Translations under genes and position numbers: made by a program
Source of the DNA: Candidatus Saccharimonadota bacterium
Lineage (GTDB): Bacteria > Patescibacteriota > Saccharimonadia > Saccharimonadales > UBA4665
DNA: 64,000 nucleotides
Direction of reading: 5' to 3'
Assembly: GCA_020427965.1 (NCBI GenBank)
Contig: JAGQNT010000188.1
Location: forward strand, 708 to 64,707
Part shown: positions 29,746-37,367 of the stretch, one piece after another
Layout of the letters: each line of letters opens with the position of its first letter
How positions within the stretch are numbered: position 1 is the first letter of the stretch
Notes under the pieces: generated by a model
Told to the model about the DNA's origin: nothing
The model's database searches: none
What the model saw: the letters and a program-made list of their open reading frames with translations, nothing else

Positions 29746-30270
29746 TTAGGCCGAAGCCTTTGCCTCTACGCCGTCTAACAGAGCGTGTAGGTTGCCACTA
29801 AGGGCGTTAGTAACGTCATGAACTGGGCTGAGCAGCATAGCAACAGTTTCAGCGATAAGCTGGTTCTTGCCAGGCAGATTTGCTAGTGCCTTGACATCGT
29901 CGGCTGATACAAAAAGGCCCTCTGGGCTAATTGCACCGACAAATTCAATCGATGGGTTGGTTTTTGCAAATGTGCTAAGCACCTGAGCGGCTGCGACTTC
30001 GTCTTCGCCGTTAAAAGCGTACAGGAGCATGCCTTCCAGGGCGCTTGTCTCAACAGCTTTGAGCCTGTCGTCACCCTGTAGGGCTTGGACTACCAGGCGG
30101 TTTTTAACCACCTTGACCTTAGTACCGTTGTCGCGAGCGTCGCGGCGTAGCTGCTGCATGGCCTTCACCGTCGTTCCTTGATATTTGGCAACGACGGTCA
30201 TTTTTGACTCCTTCAGCAGGGTGCTGACTTCGTCAATGACGTCACTTTTCTGTGATTTAGTTAATGCCAT
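29746..30270 (-). CDS. rplJ: 50S ribosomal protein L10
   Basis: 174 aa directly upstream of rplL with an L10-like N-terminus ([19 protein letters not shown]). Confidence 0.95.
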   Translation of the reverse strand: MALTKSQKSDVIDEVSTLLKESKMTVVAKYQGTTVKAMQQLRRDARDNGTKVKVVKNRLVVQALQGDDRLKAVETSALEGMLLYAFNGEDEVAAAQVLSTFAKTNPSIEFVGAISPEGLFVSADDVKALANLPGKNQLIAETVAMLLSPVHDVTNALSGNLHALLDGVEAKASA

Positions 30271-30410
30271 TTGGATATATCTCCAATTTGGTTACTTAAA
30301 ACGGTTATCGACCTCTAGTTGAACCGTTATGTTGCCGTAAAAAATACGCCTTTGGCAAAGACGCATAAAACATTCATAAGAATTGTTTTACCTCGGCGAC
30401 TGATTAAGGA

Positions 30411-30431
30411 CTTATATAATTAATTATATAA
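30411..30431. repeat. AT-rich palindrome CTTATATAATTAATTATATAA (copy 1)
   Basis: 20-bp perfect palindrome (30412-30431), about 140 nt upstream of rplJ. The same 21-mer recurs at 57146-57166. Confidence 0.8.
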
Positions 30432-30586
30432 TTTCCGGTCGCTGTCTTTGGCAACTTAAGACTAATTATATCTGTTAGGCGACTAAAAATCAAGCGCTGG
30501 TACCTGATGTAGTTACCAAAACTTCTGTTTCACGAAGCGCAGTGACAACTTGTAACTTTGGCGGAGGAGCACCAGCGAATCGGCAT

Positions 30587-30850
30587 CTACTCAGTAGATT
30601 GGCTTGTAGACATTTCTCCAAGATAAATTCGTTGTCGCCTGCGTAGTTCCTCGGCATCGAATTTTGCGAGTTCGAGCGGATCGATACCTGTAGCGTGGTG
30701 CGCGGCATAGATACCCTCTACGTCTTCTTCCAGTAAACGTCTGGCCAAGACATCTATACTATCTGGATCTTCCTGTTGCCCGAGGCGGTGTCCTCCGGTA
30801 ATTTCTTCTTCTGGCCGAGGGTCCCTGGTAACATACCTTTTTTCATCCAT
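30587..30850 (-). CDS. Hypothetical 87-aa acidic protein
   Basis: Start at MDEKRYV with an AGGAG RBS. Part of the small-ORF string. Confidence 0.45.
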   Translation of the reverse strand: MDEKRYVTRDPRPEEEITGGHRLGQQEDPDSIDVLARRLLEEDVEGIYAAHHATGIDPLELAKFDAEELRRRQRIYLGEMSTSQSTE

Positions 30851-30863
30851 AGTGTACCTACTC

Positions 30864-31112
30864 CTAGTCTGCCACCATTGAGTCGGGAGCAACGAAGCCA
30901 CACTCACGCTGATAGTCTGTATCCGTTACGACAAGTGTGCTGTGAGAGACCGCTTCTCTAGCGGCTCTTTTGGCGGCTACATCAAAGGGATCGCGCAGCA
31001 AGTCGGGATCTGCGTCCCAGTACCTCAGCAGTGCTTCCTCTGCACTGCTCATGCGATGTGCTGTTGTGTTTGTAACTGGCTGGTGAAGTACACCCCGTTC
31101 ATTGTTAGCCAT
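30864..31112 (-). CDS. Hypothetical 82-aa protein
   Basis: Start at MANNERGV, with GGAG 9 nt upstream. Confidence 0.45.
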   Translation of the reverse strand: MANNERGVLHQPVTNTTAHRMSSAEEALLRYWDADPDLLRDPFDVAAKRAAREAVSHSTLVVTDTDYQRECGFVAPDSMVAD

Positions 31113-31161
31113 TTTTGTTAACTCCATTCTTACTTTGCATAGTTTTTAGCATACTGATGTT

Positions 31162-31335
31162 TTACATATCCATTACTTCAAATACGACCTCAGTTGGTAC
31201 ACCGTAGTCACCACCGTTCATGCTGGCTTGGACAGCTAAGACAGCAGGACTCCTGTCCCCGAATGTAGCATAAAAATCTTCCCAAGTTGGCCCGACCACG
31301 TTATCAGTTGTCGCTTCTGGTGTTTGTTGTGTCAT
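31162..31335 (-). CDS. Hypothetical 57-aa protein
   Basis: Below the track cutoff. GGAGAA RBS. Translation MTQQTPEATTDNVVGPTWEDFYATFGDRSPAVLAVQASMNGGDYGVPTEVVFEVMDM. Confidence 0.4.
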   Translation of the reverse strand: MTQQTPEATTDNVVGPTWEDFYATFGDRSPAVLAVQASMNGGDYGVPTEVVFEVMDM

Positions 31336-31344
31336 TGATTTTCT

Positions 31345-31379
31345 CCAAAATTTAAAATAGGCTTCGGTTGAAGCCTATT
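31345..31379 (-). terminator. Intrinsic terminator/attenuator hairpin
   Basis: Minus-strand AATAGGCTTC-AACC-GAAGCCTATT followed by TTAAATTTT. Confidence 0.55.
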
Positions 31380-31405
31380 GCTTGGTTTCGGGGCTGTGCG
31401 GTGAG

Positions 31406-31507
31406 CTATCGCTCGGTGGCTTCAACCATAGTGAAGCACAGCCCTTGTAGGCCGAGAATAATGAGAATGAGTTGCTTCGCTTGGTTAAAGTTCACAATGC
31501 GAACCAT
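31406..31507 (-). CDS. Putative 33-aa hydrophobic peptide
   Basis: GGGAGAG RBS 5 nt upstream. Translation MVRIVNFNQAKQLILIILGLQGLCFTMVEATER. Hand-found and speculative. Confidence 0.3.
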   Translation of the reverse strand: MVRIVNFNQAKQLILIILGLQGLCFTMVEATER

Positions 31508-31557
31508 TTAACTCTCCCGAAAGTCACTTGTCAAGTTTTTTAGCGTTAGCGTTACCC

Positions 31558-31586
31558 TTGACAGCGTGAGATATATCACGTAGTAT
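31558..31586 (+). promoter_or_regulatory. Sigma70-like promoter for 31607 gene
   Basis: TTGACA, 17-nt spacer, TAGTAT. The spacer holds the inverted repeat CGTGA-GATATA-TCACG. Confidence 0.45.
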
Positions 31587-31606
31587 TTATCGTTGGAAAA
31601 TTATAT

Positions 31607-32077
31607 ATGGGAAGTACCAGCAGAGGCACAGTCGAGAACCTATCAATCGCAGAACGTCGAATTATTGTTACTGCTGCTGGGCTTGTTAGTCGTTACGTCG
31701 ATACTCGTGACCGAGAAGTACGCCTACCGCTTATAGCAATGACAAGACGTTGCCTGGAGGTTGTTACCGGAACGAGACGTCCAGCACCACATAGCGGCCT
31801 TCCGATCAGTCCAGTCACTCACGAAGTGGTCTTGGAGGCGGATCAAGCGGGTAAGTTGGATGTTGCCGCACAACAGATGTTGGCACGTATGGCAACCATG
31901 GGAGACCCGGTGGCCGCTTGTGAGCGACTCGGTCAGGTTGAGACAACGGTCTTTGACGTGCCTTTCCTGAGTGATGCTGGCCTAGAGCTGAACCGTGTTA
32001 CTATCCCCGATGATGCGTTGGCGCGCTATACATTACACAATATCGATACTGGTCTGGATACACCATCCAAACTATAG
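31607..32077 (+). CDS. Hypothetical 156-aa protein
   Basis: Only plus-strand ORF in this block. No family recognised. Confidence 0.5.
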   Translation: MGSTSRGTVENLSIAERRIIVTAAGLVSRYVDTRDREVRLPLIAMTRRCLEVVTGTRRPAPHSGLPISPVTHEVVLEADQAGKLDVAAQQMLARMATMGDPVAACERLGQVETTVFDVPFLSDAGLELNRVTIPDDALARYTLHNIDTGLDTPSKL

Positions 32078-34411
32078 ATTTTGCAGCTTAAACTGCGTGT
32101 AGCGTTCAGCGGCGAGGCGTGTAAGTGCCTCGTCTTCGCCTTGATTCACGAATTTCATGGCCTCACCAAGCAACGGATGCACTTGGCTGAGTTTTTCATG
32201 CATCTGTAGTACCAACTTACGATAGCCAGGGTGACCTTGTGGGCTAGTCCTGAGTTCGTGTAGGTGGAACGCTTCGCGGGCATTGTACGTGACCTTCCAG
32301 CGCATGCGGTGACCCATCAGTGTGGCGTATTGAGCATCGACTTCGTGACCGGCGCGTTGCAGGACGCTGTATAGCTTTAGGCTTAAATCAAAGCACGCTT
32401 CAAACTGATCTGTTAAGCCGGCATCTTCGACTAACTTCGGTATTTCATAGCCGTAGCGTGGTGTTAGTTGCTGCCAATTTAGGTCATCAACCATGCGGTG
32501 ACGTTGCAGGTCACGGAAAATACCATAGTCACAGACCAGATCCCAACTGTAGTGAGCTTTTTCCAGAGCCCTACCCGGTTTGTGGCGACGGTTGAGGCGT
32601 TCGCCCATATAGGCATCAAAAACACTCAAGCGTTTTTCATAGTGCCAGCCAGCAACTTCGTCGCGGATCTTCCGTAGTGGCTGGTCGACATGTTCGTACA
32701 GCATGTCGGCGACAATATCCAACTCGTTACGTGGCCAGACATCAGTGAGTGTAACGGGCTCACCAGCCTCGCTGTAACCTGCGGGCAGATACTCATCGGC
32801 TAGCTCTCTGACAGCTTCCTCTGTGTTGGCACGGTATGCAATGGTGGCACCGCCACGTTCTGGTTTGTCGGCACGTTCTAGGAATGTCGGCGTCACTTTC
32901 CGTCCGGCGTCTAGTAGCTGCTGGCCCACGGTCCGGGCCTCTTCTAGGCGATCACTTTGCAGGTGCATAATCAGGCTTTCCAGCGCCTGTCCGGAGGCAA
33001 AAATACCAACCGTAGAAGTTGTAGCAACCGGCAATACCGCTCGGGCCGCATCGCAAGCCTGGGCACGGACAGCACCCTTCCACGCGACATCTCGTTCTTC
33101 TTTTGGCGTGTCAGAGTTGCCGGCAACGTAATCGGTTAATTCGTGTACCATCTGAGAATAGAGTGCGAATATCTCGTCCATGATATCGCAGTAGATTTGT
33201 TTGATGCGCTCGTCAAAATGCTCCGGCACGTGGTAGCGATACTTACCGTTCTGATCTTTTTCATCGAAGTAAATGTAGCGCGTTGACTGTTCTAGATATG
33301 CGGCCAGCCTGCCCCACTCAAGTTTTTTGGTTAACAGATTCGAGGCGTTCTCCACAACCAGGTGGATACCTGTCAACTGTTGTACCGAGTCGTCTCCGTA
33401 GGCAGTAATGACGCGTTGCAGCAGTTTTTCGTCCTTGCCCATGGCGTGCGCAAATTCATCTAGAATCGTTATACGCATATCGTCAGCGCGGCGACTGAGG
33501 CGTGCCATGGCGGCCGCAATAGTAACGGGGCTGAGCTTGTCGCCAAAGGCGTAAACATTGCCCTCAGTGTCAGTGACGGCATCAGACAAGTAATTTCGCC
33601 CAGCATCCGTCATGACCGTGTGGCGGCCTTGCTTTTCAACATAGGGATTATCAGCCGTTTGATTCGGTGGTTGAGCAGTTTTTTCGCTGGCAATTGCTGA
33701 TCGATTGGTTTTTTCTGGCAGCAACGGTGCTATCTTTTCCCACAGGATTTTATGCACCTCGTCGATACTCAGTAACTTGTCACCGCGAACACAGTCAATA
33801 CGAGTGAAATCCTTCGGGAATAGCTGACACATGTCGTCGTATACCTCTACAGCTCGGCTGAGGTGGTTTAGGTCGGCTTCATGAAGGTCGCGTTTTTTAG
33901 TGGTGTAGCTACGAGCTTCTTTCTGGTCGACCAGCTGTTGTGCGGTTTCGGCCGGAACTCGAAGTACGAAATTAGCATCTGGACGCGGAATGTGAAGCAT
34001 CTGAAATTCTAAGTTATCCAGCCAAATAAAATAGCCGCGTCGTTCCTCGGCATTAGCAAATTTCGTGCCTTGATGACCCATATTAGAGCCAGTAAAGCGA
34101 TTTGTGATGACTACCTTGCCAGCCTCTAAGGCTTTTCTGATCTGGAATGAGGCTTCGTAACGGTCCAGGGCGTAGAATAGCGAGCCAGTGTACGGGCCAA
34201 CCTCGTCTGACGTCCCATAGCCACCGTTTAGGTATTTGCGCACGAAATAACTAGAGTCCTGTTCGTATTGTGGAAAATCAAAGGTTGCTACATCATACCC
34301 TTCGCTCTCAAGCCTCTCAACCAATCGCTTAAACTGCGTCCCCTTACCAGACCCGTCGGTACCCTCTATGGCAATAAAAATGCCGTTTGAGCTCGGTTTT
34401 GCGGGGCTCAT
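32072..34411 (-). CDS. Fusion protein: thymidylate kinase (N-terminal) plus FAD-dependent thymidylate synthase ThyX-like region (C-terminal, about 520 aa)
   Basis: Tmk P-loop IAIEGTDGSGKGTQ and FDFPQY. The C-terminal region has the ThyX-type motif FRDLQRHRM and HLHELRTSPQ. Confidence 0.8.
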   Translation of the reverse strand: MSPAKPSSNGIFIAIEGTDGSGKGTQFKRLVERLESEGYDVATFDFPQYEQDSSYFVRKYLNGGYGTSDEVGPYTGSLFYALDRYEASFQIRKALEAGKVVITNRFTGSNMGHQGTKFANAEERRGYFIWLDNLEFQMLHIPRPDANFVLRVPAETAQQLVDQKEARSYTTKKRDLHEADLNHLSRAVEVYDDMCQLFPKDFTRIDCVRGDKLLSIDEVHKILWEKIAPLLPEKTNRSAIASEKTAQPPNQTADNPYVEKQGRHTVMTDAGRNYLSDAVTDTEGNVYAFGDKLSPVTIAAAMARLSRRADDMRITILDEFAHAMGKDEKLLQRVITAYGDDSVQQLTGIHLVVENASNLLTKKLEWGRLAAYLEQSTRYIYFDEKDQNGKYRYHVPEHFDERIKQIYCDIMDEIFALYSQMVHELTDYVAGNSDTPKEERDVAWKGAVRAQACDAARAVLPVATTSTVGIFASGQALESLIMHLQSDRLEEARTVGQQLLDAGRKVTPTFLERADKPERGGATIAYRANTEEAVRELADEYLPAGYSEAGEPVTLTDVWPRNELDIVADMLYEHVDQPLRKIRDEVAGWHYEKRLSVFDAYMGERLNRRHKPGRALEKAHYSWDLVCDYGIFRDLQRHRMVDDLNWQQLTPRYGYEIPKLVEDAGLTDQFEACFDLSLKLYSVLQRAGHEVDAQYATLMGHRMRWKVTYNAREAFHLHELRTSPQGHPGYRKLVLQMHEKLSQVHPLLGEAMKFVNQGEDEALTRLAAERYTQFKLQNL

Positions 34412-35121
34412 CGCGCTTTTAAACCTTGAATAGGCTCCGGCAGGGCCCGTTTATCTTTGTAGGCGCGTGGCAGCATCAGCTCTGGTCGCCAGTTTTTGAT
34501 TAATTCGTTAATGTCGGTGCCACTTTGATATTTGCCGCTAAAGTCGTCGTCGCGTCCTTTGCCATAGTTACCGTCAACCTCGCCCGTTTCCAGGAAAACG
34601 ATCTGAGCAATTCGCTCACCAACCGGTAGCAGTACGGTTTCGTGTTGATTAAGATTGTAGATTTCGAGCGTCAGGCGGTTGATGTAGCCCGGGTCAATCC
34701 AGCCAGCGTCAAAACAGACTGCAATACCATTACGACCCCAGCTGCTGCGTGACTTTACTTCGCAGGCACCTGGCGGCCGGATACCAAAGAATTCATGGGT
34801 ATGCGCCAAAATACGTTCACCAGGACGCAGCGGAATCACCGGGTGCTCTGCTGGTATACCCTCGAGTAGCGCAACGCCGTTGGCGGCACACCAGTCAGCA
34901 TGTGGTACGGCCTGCAAGGCGGGCCCAAAGTAGCGGCGCACATCCGCCTCATCAAACGGATTGTATACATAGCCGGCCTTTTCCTGGCCGGTTCGGTAGT
35001 AATAATGCCCGAGCGTCACGTCCAAACTGGCGTGACTCACGTGCTTGTCATTAAACGGTACGCAGACGATGTGCCCCCCATCGATCGCCTGACGTATCTG
35101 CGTGTTGCTAAACACACCCAT
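34408..35121 (-). CDS. dcd: dCTP deaminase/dUTPase-superfamily protein (long form, 237 aa)
   Basis: Dcd-like N-terminus (IRQAIDGGHIV...ASLDVTLG). 4-nt overlap with tmk-thyX. Confidence 0.8.
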   Translation of the reverse strand: MGVFSNTQIRQAIDGGHIVCVPFNDKHVSHASLDVTLGHYYYRTGQEKAGYVYNPFDEADVRRYFGPALQAVPHADWCAANGVALLEGIPAEHPVIPLRPGERILAHTHEFFGIRPPGACEVKSRSSWGRNGIAVCFDAGWIDPGYINRLTLEIYNLNQHETVLLPVGERIAQIVFLETGEVDGNYGKGRDDDFSGKYQSGTDINELIKNWRPELMLPRAYKDKRALPEPIQGLKAR

Positions 35122-35288
35122 TAGTTGTTAACCCTCCAAACTAGCTATATTTTCGCAACTATTTGCCGTAAGCGCAAATGTAAAAAGTACATTGGTTTTT
35201 GGCTTGTCGAATTGGCAGTTATGTCAACCGCTTGGTTGCCACGAAATGACAAATGTAAAAATTTCGCTTTGCATTTAACAGAGGCCGT

Positions 35289-35310
35289 GTTACGTAACAT
35301 GCTACGTAAC
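35289..35310 (-). promoter_or_regulatory. 22-bp tandem palindrome (copy 2)
   Basis: Exact reverse complement of 12775-12796, so it has the same orientation relative to the downstream gene. It lies 167 nt upstream of the dcd ATG. Confidence 0.5.
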
Positions 35311-35334
35311 ACGACCTCCTCGATGTGCTATGTC

Positions 35335-36303
35335 TTAGTTGACGCTCGTCAGCTCAACCGGAATCGACGGACCCATAGTTGTTGTCAGGTGAATGGCCTT
35401 TACATATGCACCCTTCACACTAGTGGGCTTGTTGGCTTTGAGGCTGGCAAATACGGCCTCTGCATTAGCGACAAGCTTATCTGCGCCAAAGCTGACCTTG
35501 CCGATGCCTAAGTGAACAATGCCGGTGCTATCAACGCGATACTCTACACGACCAGCCTTGGCTTCGGTGACGGCTTTGTCTAGGTCGGTAGTGACGGTGC
35601 CACTCTTTGGGTTGGGCATTAGGCCGCGTGGACCGAGTAGGCGGGCGTACTTGCCAAGTTTTGGCATATTTGTTGGCGTGGCGATGAGAATATCAAAGTC
35701 AATTGTTCCCTTTTCCAGAGCCTGCGTGATGACTTCAACGCCACTAACATCAGCCCCTTTGACGGTGTCGTCACTAAACACGGCGATACGAACAGTTTTA
35801 CCAGTACCCGATGGCAAGACAAGGTTGTCACGAATGTTTTGGTCGGCGTGACGTGGGTCAACGTTTAGGTTGACGTGGAGTTCGACTGTCGCGTCAAACT
35901 TGACGGTGCTCGTTTTGGTTGCCAATTCTAGCGCTGGCTTCAGTTGGTATACTTTGTCAGCTTCGATCTGTTCGGCTGCTTTACGGTAGCCCTTGGCGCG
36001 GCGCTCCAAACGGCTGCGGGTGGGCTTTACAGCTTTTTTCGGCTTTTCCGCCTCTTGTGCGACTTCCTCATCACGGTGCTGCTGGTGTTCTATCTTCTCA
36101 GCTTTAGCTTCTGCCTCGGCGATGCCCTTAGTGCTGCGTTTGCCGGCCTTGGCGGTTGGCTTAGTAGTGTCAGTTGGTTTTTCCGCCTCCGGTTCTGCAC
36201 CGGCAGCCTGTAAAGCTGCTTCGATTTCAGCAATTGTATTCTTGCTACTCACATCCAACTTTAGTTTGTGAGCTTGCTCTAGTAATTCGGCTTTCTTGGC
36301 CAT
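35335..36303 (-). CDS. rplA: 50S ribosomal protein L1 with an N-terminal extension of about 97 aa
   Basis: L1 core (KFDATVELHVNLNVDPRHADQNIR...GTGKTVRIAVF). Start at MAKKAELLEQ (36303), with GGAAGGAG RBS. Confidence 0.9.
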   Translation of the reverse strand: MAKKAELLEQAHKLKLDVSSKNTIAEIEAALQAAGAEPEAEKPTDTTKPTAKAGKRSTKGIAEAEAKAEKIEHQQHRDEEVAQEAEKPKKAVKPTRSRLERRAKGYRKAAEQIEADKVYQLKPALELATKTSTVKFDATVELHVNLNVDPRHADQNIRDNLVLPSGTGKTVRIAVFSDDTVKGADVSGVEVITQALEKGTIDFDILIATPTNMPKLGKYARLLGPRGLMPNPKSGTVTTDLDKAVTEAKAGRVEYRVDSTGIVHLGIGKVSFGADKLVANAEAVFASLKANKPTSVKGAYVKAIHLTTTMGPSIPVELTSVN

Positions 36304-36530
36304 TATTGTTCTCCTTCCGTGGTGCTGTCGGCTCCCGCCTCCCACGCGTTAATTATTCTTGTCCACACTCCACCAAACATGGTCATTGTGGCTAGGTTAC
36401 CTGGCAATGGCTTTCGAGGTGCTGCGCCCTCTTCGGGCTCTCTGGCGATCCTCTCGCCCCAAAACTCTTCTACTATCTCAGGATCTACTCCTGCAAATAG
36501 TTCTTCGTTTGGATCAAATAATTCGGTCAT
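36303..36530 (-). CDS. Hypothetical 75-aa acidic protein
   Basis: Its stop shares TAATG with the rplA start. No family recognised. Confidence 0.45.
   Translation of the reverse strand: MTELFDPNEELFAGVDPEIVEEFWGERIAREPEEGAAPRKPLPGNLATMTMFGGVWTRIINAWEAGADSTTEGEQ
36304..36356 (-). promoter_or_regulatory. Structured leader repeat, copy 1 (immediately 5' of rplA)
   Basis: Minus-sense GUGGGAGGC-GGGA-GCCGACAGCACCACGGAAGGAG: a GNRA hairpin next to the SD. A paralogous copy is at 36531-36578. Confidence 0.5.
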
Positions 36531-36578
36531 CGTTTCCTTCCGTGGTGCAATCGGCTTTCGCCTCCCACAGGTTATCTG
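36531..36578 (-). promoter_or_regulatory. Structured leader repeat, copy 2 (5' of the 75-aa ORF)
   Basis: Minus-sense GUGGGAGGC-GAAA-GCCGAUUGCACCACGGAAGGAAACGAUG. Confidence 0.5.
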
Positions 36579-36737
36579 TTAAAAATCCCAAGTTCCGTCT
36601 GGCTCTTTGGCCGCGAGGTCTGCATTTGGATTTGCGGTACCTGGCGTGTAGTCGTTCCTGTCCCTGAAGCCATTCGGTAAGATTTGACCAGCGTCAACTT
36701 CTTCTGGGAGGGGTAGCTCCGGCACCGTTTCGCTCAT
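36579..36737 (-). CDS. Hypothetical 52-aa acidic protein
   Basis: Below the track cutoff. ATG lies 1 nt after the rplK stop. Translation MSETVPELPLPEEVDAGQILPNGFRDRNDYTPGTANPNADLAAKEPDGTWDF. Confidence 0.35.
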   Translation of the reverse strand: MSETVPELPLPEEVDAGQILPNGFRDRNDYTPGTANPNADLAAKEPDGTWDF

Positions 36738-36738
36738 T

Positions 36739-37167
36739 TTAGGACTCTACCTCTACGCCCATACTTCGTGCAGTGCCGGCAACCATCTTCATAACGGCTT
36801 CGACATCGTCAGTGTTCATGTCCATGGCTTTTTCTTCAGCAATCTTACGAAGATCGGCCTGGCTGAGTTTCTTGGCTATCTTTTCAGTGTTTGGACGACC
36901 CGAACCCTTTTGGATCCCCAGGGCTGCGCGAATACGATCGTCAGTCGGCTCTGCAACTACACGGAAGTCCATGGTGCGGTCATCATAAATAGTGATGTGT
37001 GCCGTCACGGTCTTGCCCTGCATGTCCTTGGTCGCGTCGTTAAATGGATTGATAAAATCCATCATATTAACACCGTACTGACCGAGCGTGCTACCAACGG
37101 GTGGAGCCGCGCTGGCTTGGCCACCACGAATCTTCATCTTAAGATTGGCCTTAACTACTTTAGCCAT
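36739..37167 (-). CDS. rplK: 50S ribosomal protein L11
   Basis: GGQASAAPPVGSTLGQYGVNMMDF is a typical L11 N-terminal domain. Confidence 0.95.
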   Translation of the reverse strand: MAKVVKANLKMKIRGGQASAAPPVGSTLGQYGVNMMDFINPFNDATKDMQGKTVTAHITIYDDRTMDFRVVAEPTDDRIRAALGIQKGSGRPNTEKIAKKLSQADLRKIAEEKAMDMNTDDVEAVMKMVAGTARSMGVEVES

Positions 37168-37367
37168 ATCGTTTCCTTTCTATTGCGAGGGTTCATCTTC
37201 CGGCGAGTACCGGTTTGAAGCAAGATTACTAGCTCTCCTACATAATTTTGTAGTGCGTAACTGCAGAAATTGTACCAATTTTTCACCTTTTTGTCCATAG
37301 AAATGTGTTTGTGCTTGCAAATCATACTGAAATGTTATATTATCCTAATAGTTGTTAGGAAAGTTTA

